A stretch of 57,996 bases of DNA, the filler included, from Sphacelaria rigidula (Eukaryota): NCBI GenBank assembly GCA_964200075.2. It is 2 parts of 2 records of this genome, joined end to end, with 100 filler letters (N's around TTAATTAATTAA, not from the genome) between each part and the next. Parts side by side here need not be neighbours in the genome. Positions count along the whole stretch, not along the records: positions 1 to 28,972 come from CAXNAA020000091.1; 1 more part is not named here. One strand, written 5' to 3'. Made by a program: the position numbers and the translations under genes. Below are positions 1 through 13,500 of this stretch, piece by piece. Every line of letters starts with the position of its first letter. Position 1 is the first letter of the stretch. A model generated the notes under the pieces. That model worked only from the letters and a program-made list of their open reading frames with translations, was not told where the DNA came from and ran no database searches.

Positions 1-690
1 GATACCTACGTATTGCACGGTATGGGATACCCCGGTAAATACCGGGGGTATGCTCGGTACGGTACCTTACCTACGGTGCCTGTGGAGAATATCAAGGGTG
101 TGTTCTGTAGGGTACAGTATGGTTTTCTGTATATCCGGGGTATTTTCCCGGGTGTTTACCGTATCCGACAGTTCTGTGACTTTCGTAAGATTTTCATACC
201 GGTACCCGACAGTTCAGCAAACTCATCAAGACTTTTTTCATACACTTATGCGGTAGTTCTCTTAGTTCTGTAAGCCTCCCGTAGCGTTACTAGGGGCACT
301 TGCATGCTCTTGATAAGATATCCGGTTGCGTGTACGGTTTTCTGTTCACCATCAATACTCTGCCCGACCGTTTCTGTAAGTTCTGTATCGCTCCCATACC
401 CTTACCTGACAGTTCTGTGAGTTCTGTACTCAATTTATACCCATACCCGAAGCACGGGTATATCCTTGAAGAAATACTGTACCCGATTGCTGATACTTGT
501 AAGCCTTCCCTACCGTACCCGACAATTTCTGCAATTTCTGTACGACTTTCATACAGTACCGGTACCCGACAGTTCTGTAAGTTCTGTAAGCCTTCCACAC
601 CTCTACCTGGGGTTAGGTATACCTTTGTAGATATATACCCGATTACAGGTACGAGCACAGGTAGACTTAGTTTCAATCGAAACACAACCT
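1..690. mobile_element. Non-autonomous interspersed repeat (GTACCCGACAGTTCTGT-rich family), copy 1
   Basis: Homologous to 3654-4307; the terminal motif CAAGGGTGTGTTCTGTAGGGTAC is at about 93. Confidence 0.65.
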
Positions 691-780
691 CATGACCTGA
701 GATTGTAGCTCCCATCAATCGACCCAACCTACTTCCGCCTTTGAGCTTTCAATAGTTTTTTTCTCTTTTCTAAAAGGTCA

Positions 781-2530
781 TCATGAGCTTATAATTAATG
801 AAAAGCTCATAATATGCTTGAAGCGCGCATAAAGTTGCGATAAATTAATTTGTGCCTCCTGCAGCCACTTTAGCAGCCGCCCGCAAGCGCTCCATGTGGC
901 GTTACTCGTCACCAGACAGGTTGACAGGCTTCGGGCTCCAGTACTTGCACACGTGGGACAGCTCATGAGCGAGCTCATCTGCGGGCGGTAGCTCACTTGT
1001 AGTCGAACATGTACATGTGAGCTACGTCCGATAGCTCAACAGAAGGTAAACGTGCGCTAATGGGCTACGAGTTAGTAGCTCATCCAGGACAAACATGCGT
1101 AGCTCATGCAGCTCTCATAGCTCACCCAGGGCGAATATGAGCTGATGAGCTACGGGTTGGTAGCTCAACCACGGCAATCGTGCGTAGCTCATGCAGCTCT
1201 CATAGCTCACCCAGGACGAATCTGAGCTGATGTGCTACGGGTTGGTCGCTCAAGTATCGCAAACGTGCGTAGCTCATACAGCTCCCATAGCTCACTTAGG
1301 GCGAATATGAGCTGATGAGCTACGGGTTGATAGCTCACCCAAGGCAAACATGTGCAGCTCATGTAGCTCTCACAGCTCACCCAGGGAAAACATATGTGGA
1401 TGAGCTACGCTCGATAGCTCACCCAAGGCAAACATGTGTAGCTCACGCAGCTCTTGAAGCTCACCTGGGGGAAACATGAGCGGATGAGCTACGCCCGGTA
1501 GCTCACCCCAGGGACACATGGTAGTGGCTCACTCACGTCATATGCCTAGCTCGCCGCTGGCCAACCCCGTGTCGCTCATGATGAAGCATACTTGTTCGAA
1601 CGGTCCGAACGATGGCGCCACAAATCATTAGGTTGTGATGGTTTGCCCCACTCTTTGAGATAGGAAGAAAATAAGCCAACACATATCCTCGTTCGCATGG
1701 TCGGATGGTTGAAAAAAGTAGTGATACTCAGTGTTTACATTAATCAACCGATTCATTTCTTTTGGTCGGTTGGCCGTAACCGTACGAATCCATCTGGTCA
1801 TGCATACGTTTTTCAAGTGAAACTGGAACCGATTCAATAGATTACTTATGCTCGCCATCAAGGGGTCAGCCCTTTGACCGCGAGGGTAGGCAATCTGATA
1901 AATCAGCAAAGTTCACTTTATTTTTCGGATGTGAATGATGCCGATTCAGAGACCCCCCCCCCTGGCGATCAAAGGGATAAGCAATCGTGGCTCTCATAGC
2001 TCTCATAGCTCATCCAGGGCAAACATGTGTAGCTGATACATCTCTCATAGCTCATCCAGGGCAAACATGTGTAGCTGATACATCTCTCACAGCTCATCCA
2101 GGGCAAACATGTGTAGCTCATGCATCTCTTATAGCTCATACGGGGAAAAAATGCGCAGCTCATGCCGCTCTCATAGCCCACCCAGGGCGAATATGAGCTG
2201 ATGAGCTACGGGTTGGTAGCTCACCAAGGGCAAATATGCGTAGCTCATGCAGCTCCCATAGCTCATCCAGGGCGAATATGAGCTGATGAGCTACGGGTTG
2301 GTAGCTCACCTATCGCAAACGTGCGTAGCTTATACAGCTCCCATACGAGTAGCTCACCCAGGACGAATATGAGCTGATGAGGTACGGGTTGGTAGCTCAT
2401 GTACGGTAAACATGCGTAGCTCATACAGCTCTCGTAGCTCACCCCAAGAAAAACATGCGTAGCTCATGTAGCTCTCATAGCCCACTAGGGAGCTACGCTC
2501 AAAAAGAGCTAGCTCGGGCTTAGGAAGCTG
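781..2530. repeat. AGCT-rich degenerate satellite in two blocks (about 781-1550 and 1985-2530)
   Basis: Dozens of units like GTAGCTCATGCAGCTCTCATAGCTCACCCAGGGC and GAGCTGATGAGCTACGGGTTGGTAGCTC, separated by about 430 bp of unique sequence. Confidence 0.85.
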
Positions 2531-3200
2531 ATCTGTCCGACGTGTGAATACTTGGACCTTCGATGGTCATGTTTCGTGTTCTTATTCTGTTGCGGGTCTG
2601 ATCAGAAAAAACGTTCCACGGTATATTCTATATACGTGGTACTGTGTTGTTTTCGAAAATGTTATTAAGGCTTGTACACTTTTACAACGCACAGCTGTAG
2701 TACAAGCAGCGGCAGCAGTGAAAAGTGATGGTAAGTGATGGTAGCGGTAGAGGAGTCAACAGTGCAGATACCATAGCAGATCCGAAAGAGGTTGAGGTGA
2801 CTGAAGTGCAGACGTCAAGGCCTCTGCCGCGCGACGCTGGAAAAAAAAGTAGGAGAAAAAAAAATTCAAAAGTAAACACTAAAACCTCGAATGCCCAACT
2901 CGTCTTGTCCTCATGCTAGTAGAAGGCGCGCCTCATGGGGGGATATTGCCACAACGCTACAATGAGAACGCGAGTAAGGCGCATAAAGCACGCATATATT
3001 GCGCTCAAACAGGATATAATAAGGCATTGAAAAAATAGCTAATAAAAAAGCTGAACTTCGAGAAAAAATGCGCATACGAAACTCCAGCCTAACCCTACTC
3101 CTTCATTCAACACTACGACACCAACAAAATCCAACGTTGGAAAGTTCTTCAGGTTGGAATCTGGCGGGTTACGAGGTACTGCTAAGTGGAAACACGAAAT

Positions 3201-3545
3201 ATGAGAAGCACTGCAGACCGTCAGGGTGAGTCACCCCCAGACTCGAGTGGTGGTGGCTCGAGCGGAGGCGGTTCATCTACACCATCAGAGGGGTCAAGTA
3301 GCAAGATTCAGGTCATCGACGTTGATGGTGGGTGTGTGGCGGTCATCAAACCGCAGGCCGTTATCGACATGCACGGCAAAGAGGGAGCTGCTGCCGTAAG
3401 TCGTTGAGGCCGTTGACAATATTGAGGTGCCGAAGGGCTTCCAGCGAGCGGACAGCCGTAAAAGCTCCCCCATGTACTCTCTGAGAGTGTACGTGGAACC
3501 GATAGATGTTGACGATCCCGTGCACATGTACTTCTGCGAGTGTTC
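3201..3545 (+). pseudogene. Possible frameshifted N-terminal fragment of a DNA-transposon protein
   Basis: A Ser/Gly-rich ORF continues after a frameshift as EVPKGFQRADSRKSSPMYSLRVYVEPIDVDDPVHMYFC, loosely like the start of a BED finger. It stops just before a repeat insertion. Confidence 0.25.
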
Positions 3546-3653
3546 GTGTAGTCCTTCTCTGTTGACCCCGTGAAGCCGTTCAGAGTGTTCGTGAACTGAC
3601 GTATGTAGTTCGCCCCTCTAGGGACGTAGGTCCCAGCACAGGGGTGATGATAC

Positions 3654-4307
3654 CAACGTTGTGTTCTGTAGGGTACGTTTTTCTGTATATCCGGGGTATT
3701 TTCCCGAGTATTTACCTGTGACCATGGAAGGCGTCCGCACCATATGCCCAGTACAGAGTACTGTGCAGATATCGGAACGGTTAATGTGAAGACAACAACA
3801 ACAACAACAATTTGCCGTATCCGACAGTTCTGTGACTTCTGCAAGAGTTTCATACCGGTACCCGAACTGTAAACTCTGTAAGACTTTCGTACCCTTACCC
3901 GAGAGTTCTCGTAGCGTTACTGGGGGCACGGGTATGCTCTTGTTAAGATACCCGGTTGCGGGTACGATTTTCTGTGCAATCTCCATGCTCTACCCGACCG
4001 TTTCTGTGAGTCCTATATGCCTCCCATACGCTTACCTGACAGTTCCGGGAGTCCTATACGGAATGTATACCCTTACCAGGAGCGCGGGTATGCCCTTGAA
4101 AAAGTACCCAATTGCCGGTACGGTTTTCTGTAAGTCTCCCCTACCGTGCCCGACATGTTCTGTAATTTCTCGAAGACTTTCAAACCGGTACCCGACAGTT
4201 TTGTGATTTCTCTAAGATCTTCACACCGGAACCCGACATTTCTGTAAGTTCTGTAAGGAATATCATACCCTACGGAACATACCCGCACCCTACAGAAAAC
4301 AATCTTG
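3654..4307. mobile_element. MITE-like element, same family as 1-690
   Basis: Imperfect 24-bp TIRs: CAACGTTGTGTTCTGTAGGGTACG and CGCACCCTACAGAAAACAATCTTG. The candidate 8-bp TSD is degenerate (5/8). Confidence 0.65.
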
Positions 4308-6194
4308 GAAAATATAACGCGCTGTTTGTACCCGGTGCATTATTGTTCTTTTTCCATGATGGATATATGTAGGCTTGTGTGCCAAGGATGTTACACCGAC
4401 TGTAGTGCTCGAGTTGAAGTAGTCATGTTTTACAGTATCAATTGTATTGAGCCCAGAGAAGAAACCGTCCTAGGGACAGAGATTATCACAATCAGCACGG
4501 ACAGCTGGCGCAGCAGGCGTGGACTGGCGGTGGAGGAATGAGCATGGCGAAGGACGAACATCACCGCTAAGATAGCAAGCGCTTGCAACTCAAAACCTGA
4601 TCCTGTCCGGAAGTGGATGACTAAATTGGTACTGTTTTATCAGAGCTGCGGGCGCCAATCTGTGCATACGAGTACTGTTGCTGACCGTGTCTAGCGTGGT
4701 ACCAGACGATACATGATCACATAACGTGTCACTTTGTAGGTGGGAAAATAGTACTGAATTAGCAAATACTTCGCGAGGCCTCGGGGAAGTGGAAGTTGAT
4801 CAACCGCCAAAATATGCACGTACGAAATCGGGCCGGCCTTACTCTACGTTGATACTGGGAGAAGAGTACCACAACATCCACCCCCGTCGCCATCCGACTG
4901 TTACCATGCCCAGTCTAGAAGTTCTGACTCTGTAACGGGACCTTGACCTCTCGCCCGGTAGCTTTGCAGGGGCCCTTGGAAAAACCCATTGTTTGCTCGA
5001 GAGGCGCTTAACGTCGAGCTGTCGCGCGACTTCGAGCGGGAAGGTTGAGCCCCAAGCCCTCAGATATATTCGTATAACGGGGCGTAAAGGGTGGTCCTTA
5101 GCTGTGTTTTTGGGCGTCGATCCATAACCGGGCGAAGATTTATTACACATCTGGCGGCAGCCGCGACTGCCTGCATGCCCGTTTGATGTCGTACCCCCTC
5201 TGATTATAATTGGATGACAGGTGTTGAGTGAAATCAAAAGCGCAATGCTAATATCTACCATTTCAACGCACGTCGCGCCCTCAGCGCCTTACCCCCGCTG
5301 AAGCTGTGACTTTGACACCTGCCTGTGGTATCAACCAGCATACCCTCGAAGTTTCGGGATCATCAGACACGAGGCGCACTTTGCGTCGATGCGTAACCCT
5401 CGTAAACATATTACTACAAAGCTTCCAGGAGCAAGACTGAGTAGTTATTAGGATATAACGTGCCCCGATAAATACGCATGTCGCAGGCCTTTGCACCATG
5501 TTACCGAAACATCAGAATGCGTACGAGCTGGGTCTACCTAGAAACGGATCTGGAGGTTACAGGCATTGTAGCAGCTCACTCTCGAGAGGTGTGCTTTAAA
5601 ATTCAGTACGGAGAAGTGAGGGGACATGAAAAAAAAAAAAACAGCCAGGCATTGAGCTTGTTTTTTCATGAGTCAGGCCGTTTCTCACCTCTGGGTTTTT
5701 GGAGGGGGCATTCTGTTCAGTTTCAGGACACTTGACACAGTTTTTGGCGCCCTCACAGGGAATATCGATACCTCATGATTGCATCACTTCACTGAGAGGA
5801 GTTTAGCCCCCCTTTGCCGATTATCTTGGCTCCGAGGCCTCGGATCGAGAACCCAGCTGGAAATAAAATAATATGAAGTCTGCAGGATTCTGTAGTGGTT
5901 TTTCAATATTTCCACGTCGTGCCCACATTTTTTCGATATCCAGCTGGATTTTTGTTCAGAGGTCATTCTCGAAACCTCGGAGCCAAGCGAATCGGTAAAG
6001 TGGGCGAGAATCCTTTCGGTGAGGTGATGACAAGTGTCCAAGACATGTGATGCCAAAATTCCGTGTTCGGGGATCAAAAACTAGGTTGAATGTTACCAAA
6101 CTGAAGAATACGCCCCCCTCCCCGCAGAAGACCAACCGTAAGAAACGGTCACAGGCAGTTTCTTCTGGCAAGCACAAAGCGAATTGCCGATAAC

Positions 6195-6856
6195 CACCTT
6201 TTTGGCCCTTGTGCGTCGTTTTACGCCCTAGAAGAGGACTAAGTGGATGTTGACATCTTGGAATATCTTGCTATATTCGTTGAGACGGTTCCAGGACACC
6301 TTTGCGTTTTCCGCTGGACGCAGTTGTTTCGGCCAAACTTACATTTTCTTGGACGAACCAGATTTTTTGCGAACCCATCGTACACGACCAACCATGCTCA
6401 GAGCAATAACGAGCACTGCTGTTGTTCTTACTACAACAACTATGCCCCTCCACGATGAAAATCGTGCTTACCGGCGCAAGATAGACTATGGTTAGCTTAA
6501 CGGTTTTCGACGTTTAAAATTGACTACGAGCTGGACCAGCCTAAGAACTGATTCAAACTGTGACAGCCACAGATCATCGACGCAGACGGGTTGCGCTAAA
6601 TTCAATACATTGTATCATTTTCAGTCGTTTTAACGTGAGAATGATGTTGATTCACGATGGGCTCTCACCCCCGGTTAGTCCACTCCAGTCTGAGAAGAAT
6701 CAAGGCTGCTTCTTACAGCAAACGAAGAGCAATCCCAGTAAACTACTTTTTGGTCCTTCTGCGTCGTTTTACGCCCTGCATGAGGGCTAGGCGGAATTTG
6801 ACTCCCTGGAATACCTTGCTATACTTGTTGAGACGGTTTCAGAACACCTTTGCGTC
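6195..6856 (+). repeat. Diverged ~110-bp direct repeat (about 6195-6307 and 6745-6856)
   Basis: TTTTGG.CCTT.TGCGTCGTTTTACGCCCT...GTTGAGACGGTT.CAG.ACACCTTTGCGT occurs twice. Confidence 0.8.
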
Positions 6857-7573
6857 TCGCCGAAAAGCCCACGTGAACGAGATGTTGATGCACCGAACAG
6901 ACCACATGTGAACGGTTGATCCAAATCTCGACGGAACCAATCCCCACCTCGGCAAATGGACTTCCATTTGCAATGAACTCACAGACAACGACCCATGACC
7001 GTAGCTTGTTGCGAGGAAAAGCTATCTGTTCGCCAAGAACATACTGTACTGCATGATACCGGACTGCTGTTGCTTGCGCATACCACGCACATCGGCGTCA
7101 AAGATCGCCTCGTTACTCGCCCATGACTCGGTTCCTGCCGCTCCCCGGCTTCCCGGCAAATACCGTGCACACCCAACCGCTTCTGAACCAATGTGTACCT
7201 CGGGAAGATACTGAAGCCAGGACCCGATCTTCACTGGTTCTACAGCATATCCTTGTGTGTAACCCTCGAAAGATTATGGTCACCAATTCCGAGCAGATGT
7301 GCGATGTGTGATCGGCCACGGTGGTGGCTAGTGTGCACTTTGTACACCCTTAGTTTGCTAATAATTCGTTAGGGAAGGTGAAACTTGTATGAACATTGGC
7401 TCATATGCAATTACCACCTAGGTCCATGGTGCCAACGGTTGACTGATGACCCAATGATGGTGGCGTCTAATGGAGCGTCACGTGTTTGTAATGACGGCGA
7501 TCGGTCCACGCCCTAAGCTGACCACCCGCGTCGTCTTTTCATAACGTGTGCTTTGTGAATTGACGGGGACAAG

Positions 7574-10500
7574 GTGCTTGAGGTGTTGAATCGGTGGGAG
7601 GCTCGAGTCGACAAACTTGACGCCAAGACGTACAACATCGCTTTGTCGGCGTTGGGCAAGTTCGGCCGGTGAGACCTTGTCTGGGATGCGGTAGTCCCGG
7701 CGCATCAAATCAAACGTTCAAGCTTCGTACGCATTGCCTACTGCACAAACTTTGTAAACATTGGCCTACAGTTCCACCCTCGGGAAATGACTGCGATGAT
7801 TTGATGTAGAAGTATGGAGTCTTCAGTGGCTTGGGCATCGCGGAGGTATGGTAGCTGTTCGTGATACTTCGGAAGTTGCTTTCGCGTAACGTTTTGATAC
7901 CACCCTACTGTACCGTGTAGTGGCTATTCAAACAGGTGCCAAGTCTGTCGAGTTTATGGTCGATCGCATTACCATGACACCCAGCTTGCTACGTCCCGCA
8001 CCCGAACGACTCGATTGCACTGTGTAGATAGCTGGGGGACTTTGCAGTGTGTACCCGCCTCGTGAAAATCGTCCTTCTTCCCGACGTTCTTGATTATCGA
8101 AACTTTGGGACTTGGCAGATGGCGAGAAGCGATCTCAATTCTCGATCGCATGCGACGAATAGGCGTCCCGCCTGATGTTTACTCCATGAACGGTGCAATC
8201 TCGGCTTGTGGACGGGCGGGAAAGTGGCAACGCGCATTGGATCTGCTCAAAGAGATGGAGGCAGATAGCTCTCGAGTCAAGCCCGATGTTTGCAGCTACA
8301 ATAGTGCGATCAGCGCTTTGGCCACGGCCTGCGTGCGGTAAGATAAATGTGGCGAACATGATACTACCCCCGCCCTCAACTAGAGGTCACTCTGTACGAT
8401 ATGAGCAGTCGACTCGAAGACAAGGAATTTTCATTTTTCGAAGAGATTCGAACTCGCCCACTTCTCAATTATTCTTGATACACCCGCGCGCATGGTATTC
8501 TTGACGTTTATACTGGGACATGACGTCGATGGGCCCCGGTTGTTCTTTCCTTCGCATCTCAACTGTCCTTGACAGATCGGATCAGGCGCTTGCGCTGCTG
8601 ACGAAGATGGAAAGCCGGGGGCTCACACCGGATGTCGTGAGCTACGCCAGCGCCATGCGTGCCTGCGACCGGGCCGGGGAATGGCAGGTGCGTTGTTCAT
8701 GACTCAAGCCGGCTTATATTTTCGCCGACCGTTTCCCGTGCTGTGGACGATCGAGTGGTACGCAGTACACCTGTCACGGTGCGACGATACGGAGAGAGCA
8801 ATGTCGATTGTGTTTCGCCACAGTTGACGGACCAAATAATGTTGTCTACTAGTGTACCAAACGGAATAACGAGGCGCAGAGTGTACTCGCAGACTCCAGA
8901 AGCGTGTGAGTCCACGTTTTGCGGTCGTTTGCATGCCGTCGTCAGTTGCTAAACCCTGTGCCGCCTTCAATTATCTATATCCTTGCTAACAGCGCGCGTT
9001 AGATGTCATGGATACCATGCGAGAGCGGAATGTCGTGCCAAACGTCGTCAGTTACGGGACCGCCATCAGTGCATGCGCTCGATCAGGTATGTTGCCTCCT
9101 CTTGTCTCGTAGTCACCGTTCAGTAGCACCTGGCAGTAGTTTACGTGATGCGGAAGGGCCAAATTTCGGCGATGCTACAGAACGGTGACCATACCTGCGT
9201 TGGTGAGAAACCCTCACTGCTACACTCTCTCGGAGTTTGCGATCTCCAGCGACACGTTTGAGTTTAGCAGCAGTGGCTGTGCTTGTACTAACATCTTGCG
9301 TTTTATCTCTTCCCTCAACAGGATTTCCGTCCCGTACACGTGTAGCGTCTGCGGACTCCGCTCGTGTCGTACCACGCCAACTGGCCATTAACTGCAACTA
9401 CGACGATTTACCTCTGTCCGCAACGAGAATAGCATCGCCTTCGAATAGAATGCATTGCTGATGAACAAACTCCCACCCAGACGTGACCAGGCACGCTGCC
9501 AATCTTATAACGCTACTGCACGCGTCTCGGGTTGTATTCATATTCCCTGCACCCTGCTTAGTGCCGACCTACGCCTTCTTTGAAATTGCGCCCTGTACTG
9601 ACCCAAAGGCCAATGGCAGAAGGCGGTCTCCCTGCTTTCAGAGATGCCTTCGTTTGGGATTATGCCGAACGCCGTTACCTATGGGTCAGCGGTTCACGCG
9701 TGCGTGATGGGCGGCGAAGCGCGGCAGGCGCTAGCCTTACTGGACGAGATGATGGACCGCGGCATCTCTCCGGATGCCGCAGCGTTCACGGCAGGAATGC
9801 GCGCAGTGGATGGGTGGGCGGCCGCGCTCCGACTCCTCGAGACCATGAAACGGCATGTGAGCTTCCAGATGAAAAAATGTCGGGCAGTACATGCGGATGG
9901 AGTCAAAACGGACTTTGAGTACTTGTGCACCCGGTAAAACTGAGTGCTTGCAGCAATAGCCGCGCGTCATGTTGTGCATATTCGGGTGCGGGAGGTCTCT
10001 CCTTCGTCTACTAGTCGATCTGCGTCGTTGCGACGGATGAGCGCTCGAATCACATCCGGCCCTGCCTTCATCTAATCGGCTCACATATGGTCTTTTCGCA
10101 GGGAGTAATGCCCGATATCGTCGCGTACAACGTCGCCTTGAGTGTCGTCGCACGCTGTGGGCGGGATGATGTGGCATTGGCGATGCTGGAGCGGATAAGG
10201 AGAGACGGTGAGATAGTGGTGAAGATTTATATCTAATGTGGATACACTCGGCACTAGCTTCAGTAATACTATTCTGCTCACTCGAACGATAAACGTGACG
10301 ATCGCTCCTACCGCCTTCTTGTTGCAGCTAAATGCCAACGCTTGAGCAGAAGATTCCAGTCCGTTCGGTAAATTCCATGCACCTTTCATGTACGACCGTG
10401 GCTGCCATCTCGTATTTCGGCGGCTTGTACTTGCCACGTGCCCCCAGGCGGTGCAGGTCAATGTTGAGCGGCAGTGTCATCCAGCAACAATCACACCGTT

Positions 10501-13500
10501 TATTTGCATCGTGTACTTTTCTAGTACGAATTGCTGCGATTCGCTTGGCAACCGAGACGCGTGTGCCTTCGACCAAAGACCGCACACTTGCTCCTTTTGC
10601 CACTGCTCTAGGACTCTCTCCTGACTTGGTGAGCTTCAACACAGCTATCGATGCTTGCGCTGCAAAAGGAAATTGGTTTGAGGCGATAAGGCTGCTTGAG
10701 GAGGATATGGTTGACGCAAAGGTGGGCATATATATATAGAGAGAGATGTGTGTGTGGTCCACTCCTAAAGTAGTAGGAAAAATAACGTGTCACGACGAGC
10801 GCGGGGTATGGGTGATTGAAGTATGATCGCCGAATGTGTTTGCAGCGATATTTGCTTCGTCCTATGTTTTGTCCTAACGTAGCACAGGGCTGTACGGGGG
10901 TCTACGCTTCTCCCTCTTGCAGCCCCGCCTAACCTCAACGCATTTCACCCGAGACACGTCGGTTTTAGACTCATGTCGCAAGCTCAATTCGCTGTTGTCC
11001 GCTGCCTTGCTGCTATGTTTTCGCTTAAGTGATGCCGTCGACAGTTCACCAGCTTGTCTCTTGGTTGCATGATATCCGTTTACCACAGATAAAACCTGAT
11101 GTGGTGACCTTCACGTCGGTTATTCACGCTTGTTCGGGTCCAGCTGGTAACTGGGAGAAGGCGTACCAGGTGCACAGGGGTCGTTTTGTTTTGAAGTGCA
11201 CACATTGCTGTGGGATTTTGTGTCAAATTGCCCTCCTACCCCGCTGCTTCTCTTGCATCTTGTTGCGCCATAAATGCGGAACTTGGCCTCTCCTTCCCCG
11301 TAGAAGCACCGCCCCTGCCGCCTATATCTGCACGCCTCTAGCAGCCTCCCGCAGCCTGAGCGTAACCCCGTCATTCCCCGCACCCGTGTTTGGTCCGCGT
11401 GTGTTGGCGCTCATTCAATTCCACGCAGCTCCTTGACCGAATGTATCAGAGCGACAATAGTGCACGGCCAAATAAGAACACGTACGATCTCGTGATACAA
11501 GCTTGTGGGTACGGCGAAGAATGGGAATTAGCGGTGTCGCTGCTGGACGATATGGTGGATCTGGGCATGACTCTCGACACGCAAACCTTCAACATCGCTA
11601 TCGCTGCCTGTGCGCGCTCGGGGCAGTGGCTCGCTGCCCGCACGCTTGCTGCGAGTATGCCAAACCGCGGCGTGGCTCCGGATCGTTTCACCTACGCCTC
11701 TGTAGTAGCAGCGTGAGTGAGCTTTGAGCCGACTTGTGTCTTTTTGGGCCGTGGGGCCCGAGCGGGTGGGGATCGAGTGGGAATCTATGGTCGATATTTT
11801 GCCCGTACGAAGTGAGGACATTATTGTGACTACTTTGTAATTATCCCGCCTGCTCAACGTGCGGCAGACTGCACTCCGGATAGTTATCGATACGCAAAAA
11901 GCCATCATGCTCTCAATGCGGCAATAGAGGCACTCTTCTCACTCATATTCCCGTATCCCTGCACGCAAAATACGCATAAACAGATGCGCACGTGCCGGGG
12001 AATGGACACAGGCGAAGCAGGTCTTTGACGAGGCACGGTATGTGCGCCATCTGCCACCTTCCGTTCAAATATATGGCGCTCTCCTCTCCTGCCTAGCTGA
12101 CTACAAGCAGTGGTCCGACGTCCTCTTATATCTTGATCGCATGGCGGCCGATGGGGTGCCTCCAGATGCGGCGGCGATCGCCACGGGTGTCCTTGCTGCC
12201 GCTCAACTCGGTTACGGTCGTCGCGCACTGTCCCTGCTGGACGGTGAAAAATGGGTCGGCCATGGTGTCAGCACCAATGCACTCCCTGGTGACCCCCACG
12301 CTGCAGCGGAGGCAAAAGCAGAAGATCTTGGGACTGACCAGCCTCCAGTGCGAGACGTGGGCCTTCCATGGAAAAATGCGAAGAGGCGAGAGGCGAGTCT
12401 CGATAGTGCTGTTAAGACGAACGAGGAGGACGGTGAACGGGAGAGTGAGTCGACGGTTGGGGCTGGGGGCTGGGAAGAGGCTACGCCGGCATTGCTCAGG
12501 GTGTTGCTCCAGGCTCTTGACGGCGAGAACGAGCATCTCGCTGTCTTGGAAACGGTGAAGAGAGCTCGTAGCAAGGGTGTGGTGCTGAACTCGAGCATAT
12601 ACAGGCGAGTGATGCGGGCCTCAGCCCTTGCTCTTCTGCTTCATTTTACTCCACAATTTCGTCAGTGCTCGCACAGACAGACGAGGGCAAGAGTGTGATG
12701 TCATCCTTGTTTGCCGTCCCGTCGTAAAATCGCGCAGATGCGCTCTAAAGGCCTGCGGAAAGCTTGGAGATTGCAGCCAGGCCACGAGTATCTTGGCCAA
12801 AATGCAGGGAGAAAACTTGGCTCCAGATATCGTACACTGGAACCACGCCCTTCGCTCTACACAAAGGTGCGCCCGGTGGCGGGAGGCGAGATCATATTTG
12901 CGGGCAATGCAGGTGAGCAGAGGAACCAACAGTGGACGTCTAAGCCTCTCTTCTTTCAACAGATCGCACGATGACTGCAGGGGTCCGGTTTGTTTTGTCT
13001 TCGTTTCCCCCCTTGTTCGTCTCTTGTCATGGCCGACGGCCAAAGTTACGCCTTTGTGTCGTTTCTGGTATTCACGCACAGGCTGCTGATATTCTCCCGG
13101 ATGACTTCAGTTATTTGATGGCAATCAAGGCGTGCACCGCAGGCCTTTGGTCGGGTAGCTCTTGGGACAAAGTTGACGGATGGGGAAACCAAGACCGAGA
13201 CACCTCTGCAACCCCGCAACCTCTACCGAACTTTGAGAGCAAGGTAGAGCATCATGGCGAAGATACGCCGCGTTGCAGAGGCGAATTTGCTCTCGAGGTG
13301 GGTCTTTTCCAAGCTAACTATGTCCTTCGTGTGACCATCTGCAGTGCAGTGAAGGATTCGATGCTCTTCGTTCTCACTCAGGCGGTATCACTACGTTACC
13401 ATCTGCCTCACAGTAGGTTGACGAAGAGCCCAGCCCAATCGGGACCCATTCTGGTACGAACCGTTCCTATTGTCAACGACTTCACCTCTAAGCCAGTTAG

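Noticed and set aside
1140-2400. Hammerhead ribozyme (CTGATGAG followed by a stem)
   Set aside because: The required GAAA after stem II and the closing stems are absent.
4480-7320. Candidate 5' exons of the PPR gene
   Set aside because: No segment with convincing splice sites and PPR or targeting-peptide character could be identified.
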